NCBI GenBank assembly: GCA_051942205.1
Contig: JAVECO010000021.1
Location: forward strand, 124,001-170,993
Reading direction: 5' to 3'
DNA length: 46,993 nt
From: Coniocarpon cinnabarinum
Lineage: Eukaryota
Part shown: in pieces, positions 11,731 to 22,199 of the stretch
Position numbering within the stretch: position 1 is the first letter of the stretch
How the letters are laid out: each line of letters opens with the position of its first letter
Notes under the pieces: generated by a model
What the model was told of the DNA's origin: nothing
Database searches by the model: none
What the model saw: only the letters and a program-made list of their open reading frames with translations
Position numbers and translations under genes: made by a program

Positions 11731-13263
11731 ATGTACGCCGAGGATCAGCGCTTCCTTCATGAGGACATTGAGCGCTTAGAGGAAGCCATAACTACCCGCT
11801 ATTTGCATCCACCAACCAATCTCAAAGATGAGCGCATCACCGAGCACGAGATCGCCGACTTCCTCGATCGTATCCAGACCCAGTCTCAACGTCTTCGGAC
11901 CCTCTATGACGATGTGCAGAACGCCCGCGCTGCCGAGGTGCAGCGCATTGGCACCGGAGATGTCATGGACACGTTCATGCAAGAGTATCGCAACGTCAAA
12001 GAATACCATAGAAGATACCCTGGGGCACCAGTCGAGCACCTTGAGCGCTCATATCAACGTCGCCCACCAGGTGAGGGTGGCGCGGTGATAGAGCGCGTTC
12101 GCAACATGTTCACCGGCGAAGAAAGCCTGGGCAAATACTTCGATCTGATCGGTCATCACGAAGCATACCTCAATCTTCATCCTGTCCGAAGCAGCCGCCG
12201 CCTGACCTATCTTCAATTTGTCGATTCCTTTGATCACTTCCAGAATTACCCGCAAAAGCGAGTAGAGAAACTCTCAGACGAATACTTCTCCTACATTAAC
12301 AATCTCGCTGACTATCTCGAGAGTTTCTTCAAGCGTGTCAAGCCGCTCGAGGGCTACGAGAAACTCAAGCAGACCTGGGATCGAGAGTTTGAGGCAGACT
12401 GGTCAGATCAGAAAGTGCCTGGCTGGGAGATGACTACGGAAGCCAACGGCGATACCGTGACGCAGAATGGCGATGGTCAAGAAACTCACGATAACAATAA
12501 GGGATGGTGGTGCAACGATTGTGGAAAGGACTTCAAAAATGAAAACGTCTACAAGGGTCACCTTACGGGAAAAAAGCACCAGCAAGCCATTAAGGAGCAG
12601 GAGTCAGGAACGCCCTCCAGTGGTGTCGTTGCCTCGACCGGCTCCATCCGAGTACTTCAATCAGACAAAGAGCGTACAGTCGCTTCACGCGAATTTCTAA
12701 TCCGTCGTCTCGCCGCATCGATGTCTTCAGAGCGTCAGGCAACCAAAACGAACATTGAGCGCCGCGCTGGTATGACAGATCGCGAACGCCAACAGGAGAT
12801 CGATGCGCTCATGGCGGAAGAGGCACCTGTTCCGGGCGAGGGCCAGCCTAATGGTGACGCCGACTCCGATTCGGATGACGAGCGTATACACAACCCGCTG
12901 AAGCTTCCGCTATCCTGGGACGGTCGTCCTATTCCATTTTGGCTGTACAAATTGCATGGATTGGGGGTGGAGTACCCGTGCGAGATCTGCGGCGGGTTCG
13001 TGTATCAAGGGCGGCGAGCCTATGAGAAACATTTCAGCGAGCCCCGCCACACCTATGGGCTGAAATGTCTAGGCATCACAAATAGCGCGCTGTTTCGAGA
13101 GATCACGAGTATCGAGGAGGCCACGCAGCTGCAAGAGAAGCTGGCAAAGGAGAAGAAGACGGAGAAGAAGGAGCTGCGGAATGTGGAGGAAATGGAGGAC
13201 AGCCAAGGCAATGTAATGCCCAAGACTGTGTATGAAGATCTGCGAAAGCAGGGCATCATCTGA
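11731..13263 (+). CDS. PRP9: Splicing factor 3A subunit 3 (U2 snRNP; Prp9/Sap61)
   Basis: EDQRFLHEDIERLE, FTGEESLGKYFDL, zinc finger C..C..HLTGKKH, and NPLKLPLSWDGRPIPFWLYKLHGLGVEYPCEICG..GRRAYEKHF. Ends YEDLRKQGII. Confidence 0.96.
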   Translation: MYAEDQRFLHEDIERLEEAITTRYLHPPTNLKDERITEHEIADFLDRIQTQSQRLRTLYDDVQNARAAEVQRIGTGDVMDTFMQEYRNVKEYHRRYPGAPVEHLERSYQRRPPGEGGAVIERVRNMFTGEESLGKYFDLIGHHEAYLNLHPVRSSRRLTYLQFVDSFDHFQNYPQKRVEKLSDEYFSYINNLADYLESFFKRVKPLEGYEKLKQTWDREFEADWSDQKVPGWEMTTEANGDTVTQNGDGQETHDNNKGWWCNDCGKDFKNENVYKGHLTGKKHQQAIKEQESGTPSSGVVASTGSIRVLQSDKERTVASREFLIRRLAASMSSERQATKTNIERRAGMTDRERQQEIDALMAEEAPVPGEGQPNGDADSDSDDERIHNPLKLPLSWDGRPIPFWLYKLHGLGVEYPCEICGGFVYQGRRAYEKHFSEPRHTYGLKCLGITNSALFREITSIEEATQLQEKLAKEKKTEKKELRNVEEMEDSQGNVMPKTVYEDLRKQGII

Positions 13264-13854
13264 GGACGGCTTCGGACGACAGCTCATGATAGGATGGTGA
13301 CCCACGGATAGCCGTCACTATAAGTATGGCTTTGATCAGCATGGCGAAAGGTAGACATTGTCGGGTTTCCTCGTTGGATGGAAACACTTCGCCGTAAAAC
13401 GCCGATTCTTGCCGGGCTATCCCGTCACGCCACCTCCGTCAATCAGGATGTCGTGTATCTGTTGCAATGCTGAGATGAGACATCGAGCAAGTTCGGGTAA
13501 GGAAATATTGCCATCTCCATGTCCATACCACACGACGACCTGGTGCAGCAGCTACCAGTGGTCTTCGTGTGTCTGTTGCGTATCGCCTGCTAAAGTCCTT
13601 GCGCTGTACCCGACGTACTAGGCAACGCAGATGTGCCAGCGATGCCTCTCCCAACTCATCAAGCCCGCCAGCCTGATACAAAACCAGCTTTGACTAAGCT
13701 CATACTTCAACTCTTCCAGCATCCATCTAACAACCATTCACTGTCCGCCTGTTCAAACTCGACCACACATCATCTGTCTTTGACGCACAGAGTCAAGCTA
13801 TCAAAGGTCACAAAGTCTCCGTTGTCCACGTTCACCTTCGCTGCGCAGATCAAC

Positions 13855-14298
13855 ATGAATTCTGCGGGGACCCAAACTACTAATACTTTCACCAGCATCG
13901 TCACGATCCATGCCTTGCCAGATAAACCCATCAAACTTCTCCTCGACTTTGAACTTCTCCATCCTGCCCCCAATGGCGCTCCCACACCACACGCGGTCGC
14001 CGCTCAGCTCTATACCCTGAGCGAATTTGTACGCGTCCCCGGTACAAAAACCACGTATCCAACGCTGGCGGCGATGTGGGACATGGGGAATGGCCTCATC
14101 GTCCCCAATGTTGGAGTGCTGCCTTATTATGACATCGCGCTGTTTGACGATCAAGGTGCGCAACTGGCGCGTTTACACGTGTACCGCGCCTTCAAGCAGG
14201 GAGATACGACTGTGGTGGACTTTTGGCGGGTGGAGCATGCACGGTCTGTGGTTTCTCGAGTTCGGGACGCGCTTGCAGATGAAGTCGAAGCGCAGTAG
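13855..14298 (+). CDS. Small hypothetical protein (147 aa)
   Basis: ATG in ATCAACATG context after a C/A-rich leader. Globular-looking translation (LYTLSEFVRVPG..YPTLAAMWDMGNG..LHVYRAF). No recognised family. Confidence 0.6.
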   Translation: MNSAGTQTTNTFTSIVTIHALPDKPIKLLLDFELLHPAPNGAPTPHAVAAQLYTLSEFVRVPGTKTTYPTLAAMWDMGNGLIVPNVGVLPYYDIALFDDQGAQLARLHVYRAFKQGDTTVVDFWRVEHARSVVSRVRDALADEVEAQ

Positions 14299-15000
14299 GT
14301 GCGTAAAGGCGTTTGTGAATTAGACCGAATTGTCGCTTGGCTTATGTTTCGCAATGCGCATGACCTGGTTCTCCTAATCTTTAGCGCCTGTATTCTGGAA
14401 AGTCTTGCAGATGGAGCGAGAGCACGCAATAGATGTCTAATGGCGTGTCTCGATTGAACAGAATCGTCATGGCGGGCGTGTCGTAATGAGATTGTATGTT
14501 TCTTGCGACCTTCATGTCCTGTGAGATGAGCTTCGAGATAAACGTTCCGGTGGATGTATCCCAATGACAATTGCATCTCCTATGCGATAAGATTTAAGAT
14601 TTGTTTTCTATAGCATCTACCTTGTTACTGACGTTTTGTATTCGAAGTGACTACTCCGTGGGTACTACGGCCAATTGACACAACTGGACGACGGCTGCCA
14701 AAGCAACGACTATTTTGAGCTTATACAAGTGGCTCAGCTGCTGTGCCCCGTATGATGAAATTCCACGCCTGGAGCTATATGTCTATGTCGCAGAGCGACA
14801 CCGCATCATCAAGCCTTCGAACAGAGCATTGCCTTGATTGGCCTAGGCTCGTTTGTGTCACTCCATTCCTTAAATCGAGACTCTACCTAGTCCTATTCCT
14901 TAGCCCCTTTAAAATATCGCAGCAGTAGATCCACCGTCAAGACTTATGTAGTATCTCAAGTTCGACAAATCCGTGCTGTCCCGAATCTCCGTACAATTCA

Positions 15001-15366
15001 TCACGCCGGACGCCCGCCATATGTCCATGGCTCATTCTCCACATCCTCATGGACTCCCTCAGGTATGACAACCAGCTTACTATACAATTTCTTCCCTCGC
15101 TTGTCCAACATGTCCACCTGGAAATGTGGGCCATGCTCCTCGTCTCGGATAGGGTCCGGGCCTTCGCTGTAAATTTTGGCGATGCGGTAATAAGGGCGCA
15201 GGAGCCATGGCCGAAGATTTTCAAAAACGACGTGCAAATGGATCTTCTTGGCGATAGTGAGGTCTGCGTTCCCTGGGTTTTCGGGATCCTCGATTGAATA
15301 AGGAACTGTAAGTTCGAAGGCTTTGCCGGAGGGATTGGTGAAGTGCAAGACAGTGCTAGGAGCCAT
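15001..15366 (-). CDS. Small hypothetical protein (121 aa)
   Basis: ATG 15366 (MAPSTVLHFTNPSGKAFELTVPYSI), C/A-rich leader and TTTAAATAA near 15525 on the minus strand. No recognised family. Confidence 0.62.
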   Translation of the reverse strand: MAPSTVLHFTNPSGKAFELTVPYSIEDPENPGNADLTIAKKIHLHVVFENLRPWLLRPYYRIAKIYSEGPDPIRDEEHGPHFQVDMLDKRGKKLYSKLVVIPEGVHEDVENEPWTYGGRPA

Positions 15367-16099
15367 GACGTGCAAGTGAATAGGATTAGGTTCTTGATGT
15401 ACTGTGGGCAGGAATAGAAACTATTCGTTGAGTTCGTGGGTGGTTGTAGCCTGTAGTCTTTGAAAGTTGTTGATATGTTGAGCTGTTGAGATGCTTAGAG
15501 AGACTAGTAGGTTATGAAGTAGGTTATTTAAAGCCTCCTCGAATATTTTCACGACTCGAGGCATTAACTGCACACTGCAAGGACACAGAACGCAGTGGTG
15601 CAGGTAACCATCGCGTCACTTGGCGTGTAATACACGTCAACAGTGCAATGCACAGTGTCCTCAGAAAGGCTCCAGGAGCTAAGGATGTCGAGTGGTGGGC
15701 ACAGACGGAGCGGAGCGGATCGCCCTCGTGCTATGGTTTTCTCAAGAGATTGGAGGTGTAGCGGAGAAAATGACATGCCAAAATGTTGACCAGTCCTAGT
15801 CTAGCTTTGTCGGCGCCATATAATCCTCCGTGAAACAAGTGTTCAGCCGATGCGGGCTGATCCGAACCATCAGACTGGAGACATGCAACACGACTTCAAG
15901 ACAAGCTCCTCTCGCGTCCGGCTTGCACAGGATGCGCCTATGTTCGCTCACAGGATGCATACTTTTGGTGTCTTTCCGAAATCATGCAATGCGGCAAAGA
16001 AACATCAAAGAGCCAAATGCCTACGACTACGTCAACATTAGTAGTGCACAAGCATGGGCGTTGGCAGAGCTTCTGTATTATGGACGTCCAACACGCAAG

Positions 16100-18770
16100 A
16101 CACGCTTGAAGGCGTCAACCCAATCGAATATGGCTCGAATCTAGGATACACTTAGTTCGTGTGCACATTTCAAAAGAAGAGTGACATGATGCGCTGAGGT
16201 CCCACAACGGAATGGTTGATGTCAGCGTCTGGGATAGTGTACGTATCCAATGCCAGCAAGTTGTCGAAGCTTGTGGGACTACGTAGCTGATTCAGTGCAA
16301 ATTTCACAAGGACCTTGAGTTCATCAATCGTTCTGAAACCAAGATGAACTACCAGCTGAACGTGGAATCCGGGTACGGAGTTTCAGGCATACAAGAGGGA
16401 TTTGATCACGTGATTATTGCGCTTATCAGGCCGGGTCGTCCGTTATGCACGTGACTTTTGGTCTAGCACCTCGCGTAAGCAATCATCGCGCTATCAAGCT
16501 ATCAGCACACTAGCGGAAGACCTTAAAGTCTCCCGAAGTATCAATTCATTTTGCGGCAAATGCTGTCGTACACGGCTGGCGGGGTTTAGTTCTAAAAACC
16601 AGGAGGCGTTGTTAACACCAGCTCTTCGTAGGATACGGCTGCCTATGCCACGAGCGTGGATGACAACCGAGAGCGCCCAGTCATATCATCTCATCTCGTC
16701 AATGGCGGTTGGGGCGGCGCCTGTTTCGGAAGGACTGATGTGTGCACAATGGCTGGACTCCAACACGGCAAGAGCCTCGCAGGAGAGTGCTTGCCACATT
16801 TTAATTTAGCATCTTGAGAGTCGGAAAGGGTTCTCGCTACTAGACTTATAGCTTTTTGACTTAAGTCGGTCTCATTGTACGGGCTCTTCGCCTGGATTGA
16901 GGTGCGACGACGATTTTTGTTTGTGACTCTTGCAACTTGTATCAGTCGACAACGGACGTTGATATTTTAACACTTGGCGTAACCGCTCAGGAGCTGGGCT
17001 CATTGAATCGGATCGTATCGCAAGTTTCAGGAAATATAAGTATTGGTGACATCGCTCTCTGTGACTGGTCGACCGCTTAAGCACCTGCACCCCGCCTGTC
17101 TGTGGCAGTGTTGCGCTGAGAATTGGGATCATGTCCGGCAGTCAAGGTCTTTGGCACGGATATGATCCTGCATAATGTATTCGAGAAGGTTCAATATGGA
17201 TCAAGAGCTTTGTCGAGGTCGGAGAAGCCCTTGTGCAGTGTGGTCCCGGCCACGTTGCATTTCCTTGCGCTGCACTGCGCTTCATTCTTCAGGCGCGTAC
17301 TGAGCGCAGTAGCTTCGAATTTGAAAGTGTAGTGCTCAAGGAACTACACAGAGCAGCATGCTGTCGTCTCTGACGATGTTCAGGAAGTCTTTCATCATTT
17401 TCTATGGGCAGTGATTCAAGACCGATAATATGTCGGCGTCGTATTTGAGGCTCAACAGCAGCTAATATAACACATCTTACAACTCTGTAGATACCTTGAC
17501 ACTTCTAGCCAAACCATCATATACCTCTATGTGTCTCTTGTCGAAGACGGTGTGACAATATCTAAACTTTCGGATTTTATCAACAAGTATAAAGTTGTAG
17601 CCCAATTGCCATATTTGTTGACCCTTGATTTGTCGTCTTTAAAAAGGTTTGAATGTTTTTTCTTTGATGTAGATAGAATAAAATACACGTGTTCTGCTCT
17701 TAGCAAATGATTATATACTTCACAAGATGACGCGCAAGGACAAGAGTCGCCTGACTTCTGTCTGGGCCAAGAGCCCATGCGATGTTCATGATTTGGGTCA
17801 CAAAGCTAGGAGCACAATGGCGAAACCCCTTTGCATTTCATAAGATACAAAGATATCGTGTGGCAAATACTTTTCTAACTGACGCTTTTGGGTTTCTCTG
17901 ACAAAGATCTCACAATCAACATGCCTGATTTGCATGAGCGGTGCTACTCGCTACTTTATGGACAGGTCCATCAGTCCGCGTCTCTATCCCAAAGAGGTGT
18001 ACGAACCAACTTAGAGGTGAATCCAAGTCGTCCTTGATGAAGGCTCGTCATGAGCTCTCAAATATGGCGCATCCTGGCACAATGGCTGTGTGAGACGCCT
18101 GAAACATTTGAAGCAGCCCGGCATCTTGATCGAGAGGTTTTTCATGGAAGAGAGTGAGCAAAGTGGGAAAGACGTGGGAATGCGGACTGTTGTAACGATC
18201 GGTTCTCTGTGCACGCGTCCCAGCAGCCAGCACACTATTGTCTTGATCTTTTGGGAGCTTCCAGTAAATCAACGTACACTTGCTAAGTTCTACGAGATGT
18301 TCGGACTGTTGATCTACTCGCGGGCTTGGTCTCACAGCCCTTCAGCAAGATCGTGATTGGTCAGGATCAGCAGAGTCACCACATCATTTACTTCCAACTT
18401 CTCAGGCTTGCAAAAGAACTCAGCAAAAGCGCAAGGAATTGGACTAACGGACTACTCGTGAAATTTGAGGTGGCAGTTGCCTCAGCAAGATGAGAGGGGA
18501 ACATCCGCACCTTGGTCTATCGAAAAGTACATTGAAGTTGACACAGCTTACGTAAGCAAAGTGCATACACAAAACAGACGATGTACATGGCGTAATCTTC
18601 TCAAAGTCTGGCTCACCATGTCTCTAGGATCGAGCCAGAGTGCAAGGCGCAAAGCAAAGCTCTTGCTATCAGCAAGAGCTTTGTGAAGGCATGCAAGCTC
18701 CCAAGTATCTTCAATTCTATCCACATAAAAGGCGATCACTAGATTCTTTACAGCTACAAGACTGTGGCAT
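16100..18770 (-). pseudogene. Possible decayed gene or mobile-element relic (unidentified; boundaries approximate)
   Basis: About 2.7 kb with no long ORF. Protein-like minus-strand fragments are broken by stops and frameshifts, and a promoter-like CT-rich/AATAAATA tract lies upstream (19040-19130, minus strand). Confidence 0.25.
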
Positions 18771-18815
18771 GTTTTCAGTTCGTGAAGCTAAGTTGTAAAC
18801 ATGAGGAAACCTGAT

Positions 18816-19022
18816 TGGCCGACGGCCAACTTGTGGTTCAAAAAATTGGATGAGCGAAGCGTGTATTGCGCCACTCCCACAGCTATCGAAGGGCGACATT
18901 TCTTCCTCAACGTCTCAGTTCTTGGACCGGGAACGCGAAAGAAAAAAGGGCTGGCCGACGGCCAACTTGTGGTTCAAAAAATTGGATGAGCGAAGCGTGT
19001 ATTGCGCCACTCCACAGCTATC
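18816..19022. repeat. Direct repeat of 72/71 bp with a 64-bp spacer
   Basis: TGGCCGACGGCCAACTTGTGGTTCAAAAAATTGGATGAGCGAAGCGTGTATTGCGCCACTCC(C)ACAGCTATC at 18816-18887 and 18952-19022; the copies differ by one C indel. Confidence 0.95.
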
Positions 19023-19400
19023 TCTGGTAAAAGGCAAGAGGTAGGTTTTTTAGAGGGTCGCGCTCCGTGAAAGGAAAGAAAGAAAGAGAAAGTTTGGAAA
19101 GAGCGATTCGAGGGAAGATATTTATTTGCGAAGATGTGGCCCGTGCTAGCGCAGCGCTAGCGCGGCGCTCGATCGCACGTGACATGTCTGCCTGCTACTG
19201 TACTCTTCTCGGCTTAGTGTAAGATTCCGTTTCAATTGTAGGACGTCGACTTAACGAGGCGCATGCAATTGCGGTGTGCCACGTATTTTGCGTACTGACC
19301 TGCGGTCTTGGCATCTTCGCTGCCTAGGTAGCTTCGCTCCGCTTCTGCGTCTAAGCCCTTCCATCATAACAACGCGAGGAATCGATTAGCGGCCGGCAAA

Positions 19401-20237
19401 ATGTCTGAACGCAAAGTACTTACCAAGTACTACCCTCCAGATTTTGACCCGTCCGCCATCGGCCGCGTTCGTAAGCCAAAGGATGCACCTAAGAAGCTCG
19501 ACACAGTCCGCCTCATGGCGCCGTTCTCAATGAAATGTGCGGCCTGCGGGGAGTATATCTACAAGGGACGCAAATTCAATGCTCGCAAACAGATCACTGA
19601 TCAGACTTATTACGCCATTAAGATCATCCGCTTCTACATCAAGTGCACGAGATGTTCGGCCGAGATGACGTTCATCACGGATCCCAAGCACAATGACTAT
19701 CAAGTAGAACGAGGCATGCGCCGCAATTTTGAACCATGGCGTGAGGCAAAACTGCAAGAGGAGACAGAGGAGGAGCGGCTTGATCGCTTAGAGGCGGAAG
19801 AGCGGGATTACGATCGTATGGCTGAAGTGGAAGCAAAAATCCACGATGAACAGAAGGAGCGCGAAGTCGAGGATGCACTCGATAATATGAGGACGAGGAA
19901 TGCACGGATGGAGCGCAAAGACAAAGAAGGCGTCAATCTAGGTCCCAGCCCCAAGACGGAGGCCGAGATGGCAAGAGAACAGCAAGAAGCCGAAGACGCA
20001 GAAGCGGCTAAAAAGGCATTTCAGAACGGTGCGGGCGAGGGGAAAGTTCGTCGCGTGGTAGAGCAAGAGGAGGACCAGCAGACAACGCAACCAATGTTCG
20101 CGGTAGCCAGGAAGCGACGGAAATTGGATTATGGTGCGGCCATGGGCATTAAGAAGGCCAAAATTGAAGTAAGCGCAGAATCAGCAGCACCTACCATGAA
20201 ATCACTTGTAGAAGGTGATGAAGATGATTTCTGGTAA
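19401..20237 (+). CDS. YJU2: Splicing factor Yju2/Cwc16 (CCDC94)
   Basis: [61 protein letters not shown]. Confidence 0.96.
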   Translation: MSERKVLTKYYPPDFDPSAIGRVRKPKDAPKKLDTVRLMAPFSMKCAACGEYIYKGRKFNARKQITDQTYYAIKIIRFYIKCTRCSAEMTFITDPKHNDYQVERGMRRNFEPWREAKLQEETEEERLDRLEAEERDYDRMAEVEAKIHDEQKEREVEDALDNMRTRNARMERKDKEGVNLGPSPKTEAEMAREQQEAEDAEAAKKAFQNGAGEGKVRRVVEQEEDQQTTQPMFAVARKRRKLDYGAAMGIKKAKIEVSAESAAPTMKSLVEGDEDDFW

Positions 20238-20737
20238 AGTCGAGGTTACGGTCTTCCAGACATCGTCGATTGCTACACCTCACAACATACTCATCACCCA
20301 TCTCCGAGACAAGCATATTTAGCGTATGAGAAGTAGTGGAGTGCAAGAAGCCAGGAGCAAAGCTTTTTCTTGGTGGATACCTGTCTTCTTAAATATTGGC
20401 CCTGTTGCTGCCGGCAGCATCGCTCGGCGTTGAGCTTCAAACTTCAAACGCTTTTGAGTGTTTGTGTGAGAGTTTCTTATCCTTACCAACATCACATACA
20501 GTCCTTGTGGGGGATCTGCGCATGGTGACGTGCCGCACGTCAGCTGTGACAAGTCAGCAATGGCCGAATATGGAAAATGTGGCTGATAGCAAGCGCGAGG
20601 TATAGATTCAGGTGATGAGCTCGTCAGAAGGATTTTCAATAGTCAAAGCTGCAGGCCTGTTGACAAATCCTCCATAATTTTCACAAATCAGCGGACCGCG
20701 TCACGGCAAGTGCTCATTGTCCAAGGCATTCGTAGCG

Positions 20738-21418
20738 ATGAAGGTAATTCTATCCGGTGCCACCGGATACATCGGCGGCCAGGTCCTGACCAACTGCCTC
20801 AATCACCCCTCCATAACTACTGCTGTCATCCTCACCCGCCGCAATCCGGGCGACATAGCCAAGCACTCAAAAGCAAAATTGGTCACTGTGTCTGACTTTA
20901 CGTCCTACGATGAGTCCACAATCAAGGAGTTGCAAGACGCCGACGCGGCTATCTGGTGTATAGGCACCAACTACGGCGACGAACGAATTGATGTCGACTT
21001 CCCTCTCGCTTTCCTGAATGCGATCAAAAGATTCAGAACGCCTGCTTCACTTCCGTTTCGATACGTTCAATTAGGTGGGGCGTTCACTGAGCCGCCACCC
21101 CCAAAGAGCGAGGACCCAAGGGCTTTGTGGTTTTTTGCGAATGGGCGCCGCGTGCGAGGCATGACAGAAGCGCGAGTGTTGGGCTTTGCGGAGGACAACG
21201 AGCAGTGTGGGATAGAGGTCTATCTTGTCAAACCGGGAGGGGTGGTGCCTAGCTACGCGAGCTTACTTCAGCGGATATTTGGCAACACATTGTCCGTTTG
21301 CATCGGAGATCTGGGAAATGTGATGGCTGATCTGGCCGTCAATGGGCATGAACAAAAGGCCTTCTCTAACGCGGCGACTGTTCAGTACGCAAAGCGATTG
21401 CAGGAGTCTACGGCGTGA
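20738..21418 (+). CDS. NAD(P)-binding Rossmann-fold protein (atypical SDR / epimerase-like)
   Basis: MKVILSGATGYIGG dinucleotide-binding motif, LTRR, DAAIWCIG, and FRYVQLGG. Confidence 0.87.
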   Translation: MKVILSGATGYIGGQVLTNCLNHPSITTAVILTRRNPGDIAKHSKAKLVTVSDFTSYDESTIKELQDADAAIWCIGTNYGDERIDVDFPLAFLNAIKRFRTPASLPFRYVQLGGAFTEPPPPKSEDPRALWFFANGRRVRGMTEARVLGFAEDNEQCGIEVYLVKPGGVVPSYASLLQRIFGNTLSVCIGDLGNVMADLAVNGHEQKAFSNAATVQYAKRLQESTA

Positions 21419-22199
21419 AGTGTCTGCCAATGTCACGTGACCTTGTGGCCGCTGGCTTGCAAGAGCTTTGCATGACTTGCTTTGTCCGCGAACCGGATGA
21501 AATGCATAAATACCTGTCGATGGGCTCACCAAACCCACCTTCATGACACTAAGTGTTCAATCGTCTGGACGGATACGCCACACGGCAAAAGTCACGGACA
21601 AAGTCGTTGCCGGATCGCAACCTACGCGATGAGCCTGTACAATAAGAATAATTCATGTTACAAAGCCGCGAGTACAACGGCGATAGCCCGTTGTCAATAT
21701 CAAAACGCTGAATTATAGTAGTGTACAAATGCCAAGACAAGCGAGGCTGTACCACGTCGTGGCCTAGAAACACGAGCAGCCCCGTTCCTCCGGGAATTTC
21801 GTCGTTATGAAAGCATGAGAGGTAGAGTCGTCAATTGTGACAGTCCGACCTAAAATCATGAGCGTGCGGGGAAGTGCTGATCCTGAGCCTCGCCACGTCT
21901 GAGCCCTTGAGGATGCAAGGTCTGGTCTGCGACTGCAGGATCGAGCGTCGTACCTGCGTACATCAGGCGCACCTGCAGGCTGTGACACTGCATATAGAGC
22001 CGAAACCGTGCAGGCGAAGGCTGAGTAGGAACACCGTCTAGTTCGCATTGCATCCGCACAACATTCTTTTGAATGACTCAGAAGCACTCATATGCGGCAT
22101 AAGATTCAGCAGCTCACAGTGCCTCTTGCGTCCCCTTCCTTCATAAGTGATCTCCCCCAAACACAGACATAACCCGATACTATCACTGAAATTTCGGCA

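Noticed and set aside
18816..19022. Repeat-spacer-repeat as a CRISPR array or LTR pair
   Set aside because: Only two units of 72 bp, eukaryotic context, no cas genes, and no TG..CA termini or internal retroelement ORF.
19200..19230. CTTCTCGGCTTAGTGTAAG resembling the U2 snRNA 5' end
   Set aside because: Lacks the GTGTAGTA branch-recognition sequence and an Sm site; a chance match.
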